The translations under genes and the position numbers were made by a program. Positions 25,125-39,512 of a stretch of 64,000 nt of DNA are shown piece by piece. Within the stretch, counting starts at the first letter, position 1; each line of letters starts with the position of its first letter. This DNA comes from Pseudovirgaria hyperparasitica (Eukaryota), in NCBI GenBank assembly GCA_010093815.1, contig ML996584.1; one strand, written 5' to 3'. The notes under the pieces are model-generated. The model did no database searches. It saw nothing but the letters and a program-made list of their open reading frames with translations, and was not told the DNA's origin.

Positions 25125-26569
25125 CTATGCATTTTGTGATAGTCTTGTCCATTTCCATAACAAGCCCCAGCCTCCGCATACTGACGAGAGGCCTGTGAAG
25201 ACGATTAGAGGTCCGTAGCCACTTTCGTACCCAAATCTCCCGACGGAAGCAGCGCTTCCAGCTCGGAGCAAGGGTACACCAGCGAGACCACCGGAAACGT
25301 ATCCAATACCCCTGGCCCCATTAAGCAGACCATATAGCATACCACTGTCAATCGCCTCATTTCTCTGAGCAGCTTCACATTCTAGTTCGTTGATAATGCC
25401 ACCCCAGGTAGAGCTGTAACCACCTGAAAAGAAACCAAACGTCATAGAAAACACCAATAACAGTACCAGGCTACCTCGAGATGTCAGTCCCCAGAACAGG
25501 AACGCAGACAATGCGGAGCAGCCGGCTGAGATAGCTGTGATTGTAGATGCCGACAGCTTACCGCGTCCACCATTACTCAAGAATCCGAAGAACGTCGAAG
25601 ATATAATGCCAGGAACATTGAAGAGTGTGAGGAGAAGAGTAGACCACGTCTGAGATAGGAGTGTGACCTCTCGAGCATATTCAGGCAGGAATGTTTGCGG
25701 TATACCGTATCCAGCACTCTGCAGAATTGTGGCAAAAGAGTATACGTAGAAAGTCCGATGTCTGAGGAACGCCCAAGGCATTCTACGATCCCGATGATTC
25801 GTTCTTGCAGAGAGCGTCATTGGTGGAGTGGGTATCAACAGAATTGACACGACACTTGTTCCAACGCAGATAGCTGCCCATACCCTTAGCGATCCGCGGA
25901 ACCCATATCGGTCCAGAAGTCCCCGAAAGAGGAAGGGGCATGTAGAACCAACAATGTTCTTACATGACAATGTGAAACCCAGAGCAAGAGCACGATTGTT
26001 CGTGCTATACCATTCTCCGAGGGACAGTGTGACCGGGCTGTAGATGAGCGCGCTCCCAAGTGCGGCCATGACTCCTTGTGTCGCCAGTAGGTGCCAAATA
26101 TCTGTGCTGAAGGAAGATATAAGGAAGCTGGTGCTGACAAGCAGTGCCCCGAAAAGGGCCGCGGTCTGTCGTCTATGAGCCCATCTTCTCGTGAATAAAG
26201 CGAACAGTATTGGCATTGACAGGTAGATAACACCATTGGACGTCGTCCCGATGATACCGGTAAGCTCTCGGCCTCCTTTGAGAGACAAGTTGTCATTGTA
26301 ATACTCCTGAAAAACACCGTAGCTCATGGCAAAGCCTGGAATTGTAAGTCGAGAACTGATTAATATGCTATCATGCTCAACTTGCCCCACATTGGCAACT
26401 GCAGCAACGAAGACCCAAGAAGAACGCCGGTCCTTGTCTTGTTGGACTCTGGTCGTAATGATACCGAAGACTCAATAGTTTCCTCATCGTCGTGGTGCAT
26501 AGTCTGGCTCTGTAGGCCGGCGTCAAAGGATTCCAGTTCGTGGAGCGTGACTGTTTCTGTTTGCGGCAT
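25125..26569 (-). CDS. MFS monocarboxylate-porter (MCT/MCH)-like transporter
   Basis: Start MPQTETV, one intron (~26385-26336). WGFAMSYGVFQEYY, TQGVMAALG, EWY..RALALG; 12 TM helices. Confidence 0.85.
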
Positions 26570-27240
26570 CTTTGTAGAGTATCTTTGATTTTCATGCAAG
26601 AATCGTAAATCTCAATTGATCTTATATATCAGACCTCCTATATGACTCAGAGGCGGTGATCTACATCGTAGGTTGCTCGCTCGCTGAGATTGGAGATGGC
26701 CGGGCGGCTCGGGCACTTGGACCAATTGTAAACCAGTACTGGAGCCTTCTTTGGTCTCCAGGCATAACTGCAAAGATGTTGGGCCTGATCATAGCCAAGG
26801 TCACTAGGACAACTATGTTTGCGCATCCAACTGAAGCTATTACTTGAGTACTGAAGTTGCCTCCGACGCTTGCTCCATGAGTCGAAGTGACGGCAGTAAC
26901 AGGTCCGAGATAAGTAAGATGAGAATCACTTCAGTAGTTTTGAAGCTACACTCAATTCTTATAGTGGCCTACTTTTCTGTCCATTGTGTGGTCAGTCATG
27001 AGGAGACAGTTGTCAGACTGTACACGCGTCGCGAATGAGACCGCTGAGCGAGTCGTGTGTGACTTGACCTTGCCTAATCAGACGCACTGCGTGACTCAGG
27101 TAATAGCCCATGAAGGGCATGACGTATTTGGAGACACAGCACTGGATTTGAGAGCTGATGAGGAAGCTCTAGAACTTGCTTCTAACTCACTGCAATAAGA
27201 TCCAGTGCTCTGGAAAGACTTGAAATTCCACCCTGCAGTC

Positions 27241-28378
27241 ATGGGCTACCGTGAGAAGACAATCAGCAAGTCCATACTAGACGCCATCTTCCTAGACAAA
27301 CAAGACCCGAGCCGCGGGATCCTTACGCGCATCTTCGTCTTCTTTTCATTTTTCCACCTCGCCCTCCAGCGTTTTTCCCCTTCACAATTCAAGAAACTCC
27401 GTACAGAATCATGGCAACTCGACGAGGAAGAATACAAGGAGTCCTTTCGCCGCGCGGCAAGACAAGGCCAGCTAAGTCCCATTGGTGACTTGGGATACTC
27501 TGGATCAGTAAGATTACCTCTATCGACGGGCAATTTGAAGAAAAGCAGCTATCTAACCATAACAAAAGACATTCTTCACAACCCCAAACTCCAAATATCT
27601 CATAAAATCCATCCCGCGCAAGTTTGAACACGACTTCTTCCGCAACATCCTCCTGGATCCGTACGTTGCGCACATCAGGGCGCACCCTTCCTCTCTTCTT
27701 GTTCGTATTACCGACCTTCTCTACGCGCCTACATCTACGTTAGGCGCCCTCCTCGGTTTCGCACCTTCACATCACATCATAATGGAGAATGTGTTATACG
27801 GTAAGGACGCCCACAGCGGCGAGGCATATCAATGGGAGACATATGACCTCAAGCCCGCCGACTACTTTTACCCGGAGCGTGACGTGGCGGGCGGTAACTT
27901 GGCATCCGACAGCACGAAGAGCAAGCTGATTGATATATTTGGGGATAAAGTCCGTGTGAGCAACGGCGAACGACGGGAGATGCTTGCGACGTTGGAGGCG
28001 GACACGATGTTGCTGAGGGAAGTAGGCGCGGTGGATTATTCGTTGTTTCTGATTCGATATCCGCAAGGGTTGAAGCCACCGCAGCTGCCATCAGGGACGG
28101 ACGAGCCTTGGAGAAACGGATTGGAATCAACGGATGGGCAGTGGGTGTATCGAGCTGTGATTCTGGACTTCTTCTGGGCCAAGAGTGCGCTGCAGGCAAA
28201 GGCTATGGAGGCGCTAATTAGGGGGTACAATCTGCTAGACTTACAGGGACCTATGAGTATCACTACCTCACCCGCTGAGTATCAAAAGCGGTTCATGGAG
28301 ATGGTAGCTGGTATAGTCATCAGTAACGAGGCTGGTGACGGCGGAGAGATCCACGGGCAAGGTTCCAGCGAACAGTGA
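27241..28378 (+). CDS. Minimal phosphatidylinositol-phosphate kinase (PIP5K core)-fold protein
   Basis: Intron ~27508-27568. GYSGSTFFTT..KYLIKS, SLLVRI, IIMENV, YDLK, DT..L...GAVDYSL, ILDF, T..PAEYQKRF. Confidence 0.8.
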
Positions 28379-28771
28379 ATCGCGCATGATGGAGTGTTCT
28401 CGAGAGAGACCGCGTCCGATATCGCATCAGCTTCAAATTGCAGTGTTAAGCAAGCCCTGAGATACCCTTTCAGTAATCATTTGATAATATACATACAACC
28501 CATTGCTGCGTATATACAAAGTGATGCTTCCACATATCACTTTGCTTGTCGTACACCACAGCGCAATCTCCAATGGCCCCACGGCCGAAGTTCAGTGAGC
28601 CGTTCGATACGAAGATGACCCAAACGCCAAAAGATGCACCAGATAGCGCAATGCAAGCCCAAAGTGGTCTCGATCCAAGACCACAGGTATCAAGAAGACA
28701 AAGGACGAAGTGCAAGGAAATCTAGTACAGAGGCCGTTACCATTCCTGCCTACAGCCGGCATGCGCTACTC

Positions 28772-29988
28772 CTACGCGCCTAGCTCGTCATCGCTGCCTT
28801 CGTCATCCCCTTCCGTCTTTTCCGTCCTTATGCTTTCTGAACGTTGCATCTTGATCTTCTTCCGTGGCACCTCGCCATCACCATCTTCGCGCTCGCGTTT
28901 CACTCCGTTGTCGCCGCTCTTTGGTTTAGCAATCTTGAGTTTAATCTTGGGATCTGATTGGTGTGTAGAGCCCGGAGTTGTGGCGCCTGAGGCGGCCAAA
29001 CGTTCTCTGTCGGCTTTCTTGATGTAGTTGGACTTCTTCTTCTTTTTCACAGGGGTTTCCTTGTCGTCATCATCGTCATCGTCCGCGCCACCTTTTTTCG
29101 TCGGAGACCGTTTTCCGTTGTTGTTCTGGCTCCCTGGCTGGGGCGTACCCATGCGGCTTCCCAGTGGCGTGTTACCGGATACAGAGCCGTTACCAGTAAG
29201 CTTCGCCATTGCGTTACGGCTACTTTGACGGCCGGATATACCGAGACATTTTTCGAGATGCTGAGCGAATCGAGTAATGAGAAGGCTGCGCTTACAGCTT
29301 GGGCACGTCTGCCATGGGATGTACGAGATTGGCTTAGAGCCTGTATTGAGTGTAAAGCTCTGTGTAGCGGGTGGGGTACCTGTGTCGTTACTACCAGGCG
29401 TGTTGTCTTTCTCAGCACGCTGCTGTTGTTTGATGAGTTCTCGCTCTTTCTTTGTCTTCGCTTGTTCAGTGGGAAATTGGTTGCCGTAAATATCATGTCC
29501 TGGTTTCGAAACAAAAGGATAGAACATGCAATATTCTTTCGACAGATCCGGCTCACGCGAGCCCTTTCCAGTGATAGGGTATTGCAGACGCGGCAACCGA
29601 CACTGCGGGCAAATGACTTCTGGTGTTGTCTGCAGCGGATTGCCGCGTAGAAACGTCTTTCCATTCTCATATATCGCGCCTGTTGTCTCAACTCTGATAT
29701 TTGGGGTAGGCGGGGGAGCTCCTTTGACTGGTGCAACTGGGGGCTCGGGCATTTGTGCTCTTGCCGTATCTTCAGCAATCACCACAGCGGACTGCATACG
29801 CAAAACTTTCTCTTCCCGATGTATCTCCAACACCATGTCGTGAATTATGTTGTGGAAGCAATCATCTAAAACATTGCGTGCCTATGAGAGGATCAGAATA
29901 GCACCTACAGGTTTGCGGCATAGTGTTAGCTACTCACAACGACTGACCAGGCAGCCGGGTCGAGCTGAGAGATCTTTTCTTTGTCCAT
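28772..29988 (-). CDS. SGF11: SAGA deubiquitination module subunit Sgf11
   Basis: Exon 1 MDKKKISQLDP; LDDCFHNIIHDMVLEIHREEK; DIYG; Zn finger CPSCKR....RFAQHLEKCLG. Confidence 0.88.
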
Positions 29989-30315
29989 AGCGCTGGAAGT
30001 CTTCGTGTATATGGTAGAACACGAGCTGATTGTGATGTCTTTGATATCAATGAAGATCGAAACTTTGATGATTGTTCAAGCACTTCGAATGAGAGTGGCG
30101 GGGATTAAGTAAAGGTAAGGACTATGACTGTGGAAGAGAGTGTTTGCTGTATCGCGGTCAGAGTTGAGAGGCAGTGGTAGTTCACTTTTTGCGCACCTAC
30201 TAGCCCTTACACAATGACAATAGCTAACTAGCGATTTCGAGTTCACCTGCTCAACAACGCGTGTCCTGATCAGAGTTGCGACCCAAATTGTTCGTTATTG
30301 ACAGTCGTGTGAGCC

Positions 30316-30516
30316 CATAACGGACATTTCAGGAGGGGGCGAGGAAGGCTAAACTGGACACCTGGTGTCCAGCTTGAGTCCTCTGTCAAGGTCGCTACGC
30401 CTACTGAGAAGAGCGACAGTAGGCAGGGAGCTCCGAGAAAAGCTCAGCACGCCTCTTTGACAGTGTAATGAAACGCGGAGATGCACTGTACTCGAAGAGA
30501 GTGCTGAGCTGTTATG
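30316..30516. ncRNA. Candidate structured non-coding RNA element (family unknown)
   Basis: Several nested and adjacent helices read by eye (see finding); no known family motif recognised. Confidence 0.4.
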
Positions 30517-31206
30517 AGGTTGGTAAGACAAGGACAAGGGTAAATTTAGCTTAGGCCGCGACGGGCACCTTGCATTAGTGTGATAGTGCGCATGTACATT
30601 AATTATTGACGCTACTACCTAGGCCATATCTTGTATGTATATTGGACTATCAAAATGTTATCAACAACGATGAATATTCCGGCCTATGAGTTATGCCCGA
30701 TATCTTCAGTCTGTGATTGCGACCATTTGCGACTGGCGGAGGCACTCTGGCACATTCCGCGTATGGTATACCGTGTTTCACACAACCGAGGTAACTCTAG
30801 CTGTATTTGCTGAGATGCTCTTCGTATTAGGGTCTACAAGGTATATACGAGATTCATGCATAAAACCTTCCGAGGTCATTGACATAGTATTCTCCATCAT
30901 TGCTATATGGCGCAGCCGATGTTTCCAATACACGGACACCATTTTCACCCATATATAACTCAGGGCGACCTCGAGTCAACGTGTTCAATATTATACAGAG
31001 AACCGCAAACCAAAGATTAGGTACCGGGTCTTGTCTCAGCGGTCACCTACAGTGTTCCTCTTTAGATATTGCGCGAAGTGCGGAAGACCGTTGAGGGGAG
31101 GGCAAAAATGCAGCACTGATAGAGGAAATGAATGAGAATAATTACAGGGGGTAGTTGAAGTAGAAGTAGAGAAGCTTGAAGTCGTCTATAGTCGCTCTGT
31201 CGTGTT

Positions 31207-33287
<2,081 letters not shown>

Positions 33288-33788
33288 TATGTACGGGTGC
33301 ACGAGCGATTTGGGTATGATTCTCCCGTAGATGTAGTGAGGATGAGTATTAGGACCGAGGTGAAAGAGCGGGCGCGATGGCTTGAACGCGTTGAAGTTGT
33401 TTTCGCTAGTTGGGAAACTCGAAACTTTGCGTCAGAATCGGGGCTCAAGCACGGACCACATAGCTAGGTAGTTCTCGATGAACAACTGTCATCCTGTCAA
33501 GCAGCTGTCTTATACGTGTACAGCTGATGACCAAGCATATATTGCCGAAGAATCTCTGTTAAACTGCTCCAATTTTTCACAGCTTAGAAAACCCGAATTC
33601 TACGAGCCATATACCACTACTGTGCATCACCTATACCAGACACATCGGAGCATTTTTTGCAATCAGCACGTGCCGTTTATGCGCATCCATACAAAAGCCA
33701 GCCTTAGGCAAGCGTTTCTCTGGCACTTAGCATATTTGTCTCCCCTTTGCACGGAAGCATTCCATGAGGAGCTGCAATAGTAAACAAA

Positions 33789-34790
33789 ATGAGTTCACCA
33801 GAAGGTTTCGAGCTGTTCACCTCTCTCCGATATGATTCGTTGCTTCTTCAAAGCGATGCCAACAATGCTTCCACACTTAGTTTCACCGCTCCGACTTCTT
33901 TCTACATGCTCGTCTACCACCGCGACCGGATGCTTGAAGCTGCACGTCACTTCGATTGGCTCGAGGTAGCGTTGAAATTGGAAGACGGGAAGGGTCTTGA
34001 AGCACTCCTGGGCCATGCAGTCAACGAAAACATACAGAAGACAGGAAACGAAGGTCCATTCCGAGTTCGAGTGTTATTCTCAAAGACAGCCTCGATGAAA
34101 GTCGAATGTAACTCAATACCACCTGTATCACTCAAGACCTTATATCCCCAGTCCATACCCGCACCACAGTTGTCGAAACCATTCAAGCCATCGCCATTGA
34201 CAGGAGGAGTCATGACTCTCGGTTCCGACCATCAGGCTGAACTGGATCAAGCTCGCTGGAAGTTACATGTCGACAAATCGTCAACTCCCTCAACAGCTTA
34301 CACGTCATTGAAGACAACTCTAAGATCACATTATGACGTAGCTCGCGAGCGCTCCATACCTTCGAATCATTCAACTGAAGAAATCCATGAAGTACTAATG
34401 TACAACGACATTGAAGAGATGACCGAAGGTAGCTTGACGTCAGTATACTTTTGGCGGGGTGGGCGTTGGGTCACGCCACCTGTTGGCAACACGCTGCTAA
34501 GTGTTGGATATAGTGGGCCGGAAGAAGGCATTGGTGCTCAACCGGAATGCGTGAAGACGGGAAGCGATGGTGACCGGTTGCCGTCGTTCAGGGGCCGATG
34601 GGGACACAGTCTACGCAATACAAGTAAGTATCCGGACAGCGGTGGGCAGCGAGGTACAACACGGCGATGGGCACTGCGAAATGGTCATTGCGTGGAGGAG
34701 GTTGTAGAGAAAAATAGTGTGCGAGCAGGCGATATAGTGTGGCTTAGCAACGGAGTAAGAGGGTTCGTAGAAGGCATAGTAATCGATTGA
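33789..34790 (+). CDS. ABZ2: Aminodeoxychorismate lyase-like PLP enzyme (aminotransferase class IV)
   Basis: FELFTSLRYD, YHRDRM..AA.HF.W, LKTT.R..YD, EGSLTSVYF, GGQRGTTRRWAL, LSNGVRG. Confidence 0.8.
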   Translation: MSSPEGFELFTSLRYDSLLLQSDANNASTLSFTAPTSFYMLVYHRDRMLEAARHFDWLEVALKLEDGKGLEALLGHAVNENIQKTGNEGPFRVRVLFSKTASMKVECNSIPPVSLKTLYPQSIPAPQLSKPFKPSPLTGGVMTLGSDHQAELDQARWKLHVDKSSTPSTAYTSLKTTLRSHYDVARERSIPSNHSTEEIHEVLMYNDIEEMTEGSLTSVYFWRGGRWVTPPVGNTLLSVGYSGPEEGIGAQPECVKTGSDGDRLPSFRGRWGHSLRNTSKYPDSGGQRGTTRRWALRNGHCVEEVVEKNSVRAGDIVWLSNGVRGFVEGIVID

Positions 34791-34881
34791 CGCGGTAGCA
34801 ACCATAGACTTGAAGGAAGGAACGAAAGGAACGAAAGGACTATGATAATAGCACCAAAGAAAACGAGTTACATACCGTAAA

Positions 34882-37800
34882 TCATGACTTTGGCCGCTCT
34901 GTGCCCCTTTGCCTGACCTGCTCTTGCACCGATCGAAGATTCGTCTCAGGTTTGACAGTTGCAGGCGTCTGAAGATCTCTCCTTTTATCATCGCCCGGTC
35001 TCGTTCTTCTCTTTCTCTTCGCCGGTGTGTAAGTGTCGTTAAAGTTCATCACCATGGCAAGCCATCGCATATCTGCGTCAGGTTGCGCATATAGATCTCC
35101 GAGTAGTATGTTGACCTTCACCTTGAAATCCGAATTAAGAAGCTTAAGGCGCTTTCGGAGACCGTCCAGTACATCGTCCTCGCTTGCACTACCAGTCAAA
35201 GCAGTCGCGAACAGGTAAGGCGAATCGGTCTCTCTCGGTTTCTTCCTATCTTCACGTAATTTAGCGCTCGCAGTCGCTGGTGTTAAGTCTCCAAATTCGT
35301 CGCGTTCTGTAATTCCCCATTTTCCAGCTGCCGTACGGGTCTCGATTTTGGCTGAGCGCTCCTGTCGGCGCGTGAACTCGGCAACGGAGAAAGAGTATAG
35401 GCCATCTACAGCTTCCTTGTAATGTAGCATCGTTTTCAGTAGCTCGTGCAACTGAGACGTAAAGTCATAACCGCCGGACGACCCAAGCAATCCTTTGCGT
35501 GTGATACTGTTCAGATAGACATCGTGTGCTTTGATCATATCGTCCAGCGTAGCCTCCGGCTTGTGGAGTGCCATTTGAAGCTCGTTCCATGATGCTTCAA
35601 TGACTTCGAAGAGAATGTAATATTGGAGCTGATTGACAAAATGGATCATTTCGGCAACGGACCCTCGAGCGATCTTCCAGTCTGCGCCCAGCTTGTCTGA
35701 AACTGCACCCAAGATGCCGCGTGCACCAGTCATACATCGTCTCCATGTAGAGCCAAGTGCAAACTCAACACGTTTGACGCGCCAAAGGAAGTTGAAAACC
35801 TTGAGATATTGCTTATTTCCGAACGGAGTTACAATGACATCCACCGGTGCATCAATCTTGTACTCCAAAGTGAAAACATCCCAACCAATTTCACCGTGAC
35901 TCAACTCCAGCATACGCGCATCAAGACGACGTAGTACGTCAGCAGAGTCGTACTGAGCGTTCGAATTACGGACAGCGTGCTCTAGTTGCGCGGTTAGTGT
36001 ATGTCTATATTGCGTGTTTGCCGGTCTGTCCAGATTTGCTGCAAGGGATTCCATAAGTATAGCAATGAAGTCACCTGCTCCCAGCAGCAGATACTTCTTT
36101 AGAGCTTTGAGATGCTCGAAAAGTGCAAACTTGTCCTCCATCAGATGAATAAGTCGAGCCATTGTCGTCTTGTATGCTTCTCCGATAGACCTTTCGAGAT
36201 TGGCAGTATCACCGTACCGTAGTTCTTTCGATGCATCTTTGGAATAACTTTCGACCCACGCAGCATCTCCACACCCGTATCGAATGAAATTCAGCGTCTT
36301 GCCAATGAGAAAGACCTTATTTGCAAATTCTTCTGTGATGATTGAGGGAATCATGCGAGCGCCTAGTTTGTACTTGTCTTGCCAAACACTAGTCGCTCCT
36401 CCCCTTTTACTATCACCATGTATTTCACTGTCTCCATCTTCAGAATGTTCCGACACGAAGAACTCAAAGTATGGATCGGCCAATTCGCCGTCGTAGATCC
36501 ATTGTCGTAGCATATCGTAGAACGGTCGTGTCACGTGAGAAAGCAATCGTTCGGCAAATGTGCCCACGAACGGGTCACCATGAGTCAGGGAAAACGAGTG
36601 AATTAGTGATATGAGCTGTCCCCCCTTTCTGTCTGCATTTGTTCAGCTTGGGGAATTGATATGGAGATGTGACAAACCTTTTGATTGCTCGACCATCAGT
36701 TTCATCAAGCGCAGCCCCAAAGTCGCTTCCCGTGTCCATATCACACACTTCTTCAATGTAACCCCGGCTTTGCCAACGGTGTTCTGTGGCTGTAGATCAT
36801 CAATTGTGGCTAAAGCCTTCCGTATTTGGCCCTCGAGTGTTGCAACAAGCCCAAGGTAAGATCGAAGTTCACGTCCCAGGGCTGACCGAAAACTCTGACC
36901 GATCAAGCCTCCTTCAGATGACTCCACAAATTCAGAAAGACCACGATAGAGTAGTGAAGGCTCCGCTAGGGTGTGAAGTAGACTGATAAGTGGGACAGGA
37001 AGACGCGGAGGTAGTTTGAGAACAGTGGAGGTCTTGAAAGCCAGGTGTGTAGAAGATAATCCCTGAAGTGTGAACGGAAGATCACGCAGCAGTGCGGTCT
37101 CAGACGGCTCCAATACGCCGCTCACTCTTGTGTTAAATGCAGTCTCTTCTCTAGGCGTTTTCTCGGACTTCTTCTCCCGCTCTTTAATCTTTACTGGCCT
37201 CTCCGGACCCCGTGAGGATGTTAATCCAGTGGATGAACCTGGACGAGTAAGCTTGATTTCCTCTTCTCTTGGCAGCTTGAGCAAGCCAGTCTTCGAAAAG
37301 GCCTCATTGAATGCTGGTGCATCAACAATGAACCCCTCCTGCCGTAATTCTCTTGTGTTATCCTGACTCCGAAGCGATTTACTGTGGTCGAGACCTATAG
37401 AGCCACTTGTCGTTGGTCGTGCGTGCGCACCAGTATTCTGATGTCTGTTTGGTGACTGTGTTTCGGACAATTTGTAGAGAAAGTATAGCATGGCCCATTT
37501 TTCATTGAGTACAGGCTGATCCTTCAATCGAGAAAAAAGGTTCGAGAACTTTAAAGCAGCGTACGGCTTCTCCCCATTCTCTAGTAGCACTATGCGAAGA
37601 TTAGCAAATCGTTGGAGATGCTGCTGTACAGAGCTCACGCTTCGATTTGATCAATCCAGAGACATGATCGACGTTAGTAACGATATTCGGCTTACCAGCT
37701 CTGATTTCAAAATTAGCTTTATTAGGCGATGCGCATGGTGTATGCTTGCCTCGTCAAGGTGTCCAAAGCAAAATTGTAGGCTTCGTCAAATCGTGCGTCA

Positions 37801-37895
37801 GCAGCAGCCTCATCTTCGTCCGGATACGATGGTATGAACTTCTCGACAAGCGGGCTTAGCGCGTGCTCTATACGCTCTTCTCGAGATTTCGACAT
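34882..37895 (-). CDS. SPC98: Gamma-tubulin complex component GCP3 (Spc98/Alp6)
   Basis: LLRDLPFTLQG, HGDPF, WIYDGEL.DPY.EFFV, YLLLGAGDF, GWDVFTLEY, QLQYYILFEVIEASW. First intron is GC-AG. Confidence 0.93.
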
Positions 37896-38207
37896 AGCTG
37901 TAGAAACTCATCGCCGTCGGATTCCTTGCTTTGGGTTGACGCGTTATTGTCGACGCGCAGTTCACAGTGGGGGTGGGGCCGCACTAATTAGCGTCCGGTT
38001 AATCCCTGCAATCAAGAGAAACGAAAACAGAATCTTTGTTCAAGTGACGGCCCCCTGCTAAATCAGAAGATAGATGCCGAAAGGATTACGTTCTTCCGCA
38101 TGAAATGAAAGACACCGATACTGAATGAGATGTAAAAGGCATAATTTGGCGATTGTTTCCGATACACATGCGGTCTAAACCTTCATTCTTGAAGCCCCTG
38201 TTCGAGC

Positions 38208-39156
38208 ATGGCTGAGAACGAGTATGAGCCAATCGTTGCGCCCAAGGATGCCATGCCAAAAGGTTATGTATTTGTACCCAAGGGTAAGCTGATGATCCTG
38301 ATGCATAATTATCGAGCTTCTGGTGGCTAATCTCATAAAGGTGATGTGTATGTTACTAGACACTGGTATGATCTTCACATCTGTTCATCAACCTTAAATG
38401 ATTTCTATATGTTGACAACTCAGTCGTACACGAACACACGAAGCTCATCGTACAGTCTATGTCGTCGAAGGCAAAACTCAAAAGACCCAGGGAATACGCG
38501 TGCCAAGCTTCATCTACACACAAGTACAGGAGGATGCGGCAACTACAGCATCTGCCCGCGCAGCCGTCGTCAGCAAGGTGGATGTCTCCCGGGCGAACAA
38601 GATACGTTCTGCCTTGAAAATTCAGTTCTCACAGATGCCCGACGACGAAGTGGAAAAGGCGCTTGGGCGTACCCTTGTAAAACGCTCAAAACGTGTCGGG
38701 CGATGCGGCACACTTTCATCCGAGAGAATAGCCTTCCTGGCAGTCCAGGCACATGTACGACATGTCCATACGCAGTACGACAAACTCATATATCGTGATG
38801 GGCATAGTCAGGAGGAAGCCAGGGAATTGACACTTGACATCGTTAGAGATAAGATGAAGGAATGGGGATGGAACGCACGCAACGGATTTAAATCAAATAA
38901 GCCGGACCCGAAAGAGTCGAGGAGGACTGGATCAAGGGAAGTTCAGAAGTCTGGTCCAGAAGCATTGAAGAAGTTGAATCTGAAAGCTTTAGAGAAGTCG
39001 AGCTCGAAACGATTGAAAAGACCTGGCTCCAGGGAACCGAAGACTTTGACAACGGCACAAGTCAGAAAACCTAAAGAGAGAGCGTGGAACCAATCGAGCC
39101 TAGATGTGATGGAAAATTTGGTGGAAAGACTCCAAGCTTTGGATCCGCAGCACTGA
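38208..39156 (+). CDS. DUF2293-domain protein
   Basis: MPKGYVFVPKG/DVYVTRH exons (two introns); AVQAHVRHVHTQYDKLI..G...EEAR....V...W. Confidence 0.75.
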
Positions 39157-39512
39157 TCCATGATCCAAATTTGACCGATTGTTATCGTCTTCGTCCTGAG
39201 GAAAACGATCAACGTGCGTTCTGGGCGGTAGCAGAGGCTAGGATAGAGCATCTGCCACAAAATAAATCGATATTGTCGTATGAAGCGGTATAATTCCGGT
39301 GCGCCGCGATCGTTTTTGTCGTCATGTGGACTTCTTCGTGCGGGTCTGATATGTGGTGGACAATTACGCAAGGAGAAACGGCTTGCGATCGCGCTTTCTC
39401 GGCAGAAATATCTCTGTGGGCCGCGGTGAAGCTCTCCGTGCCATTGCGTGGCTTCAATAGACATACATGCCCTGGGTCTCGTACCGCTCCGCTCAACTCA
39501 TTACCATGAAAA

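Noticed and set aside
12000..28400. Secondary-metabolite gene cluster (TRI12-like pump and transporters)
   Set aside because: No PKS, NRPS, terpene synthase, P450 or cluster transcription factor present.
30200..31100. Telomerase RNA, U3, RNase P/MRP or SRP identity for the structured element
   Set aside because: No TAACCCTAA template, U3 boxes, CR-I/CR-V or SRP helix-8 motifs found by eye.
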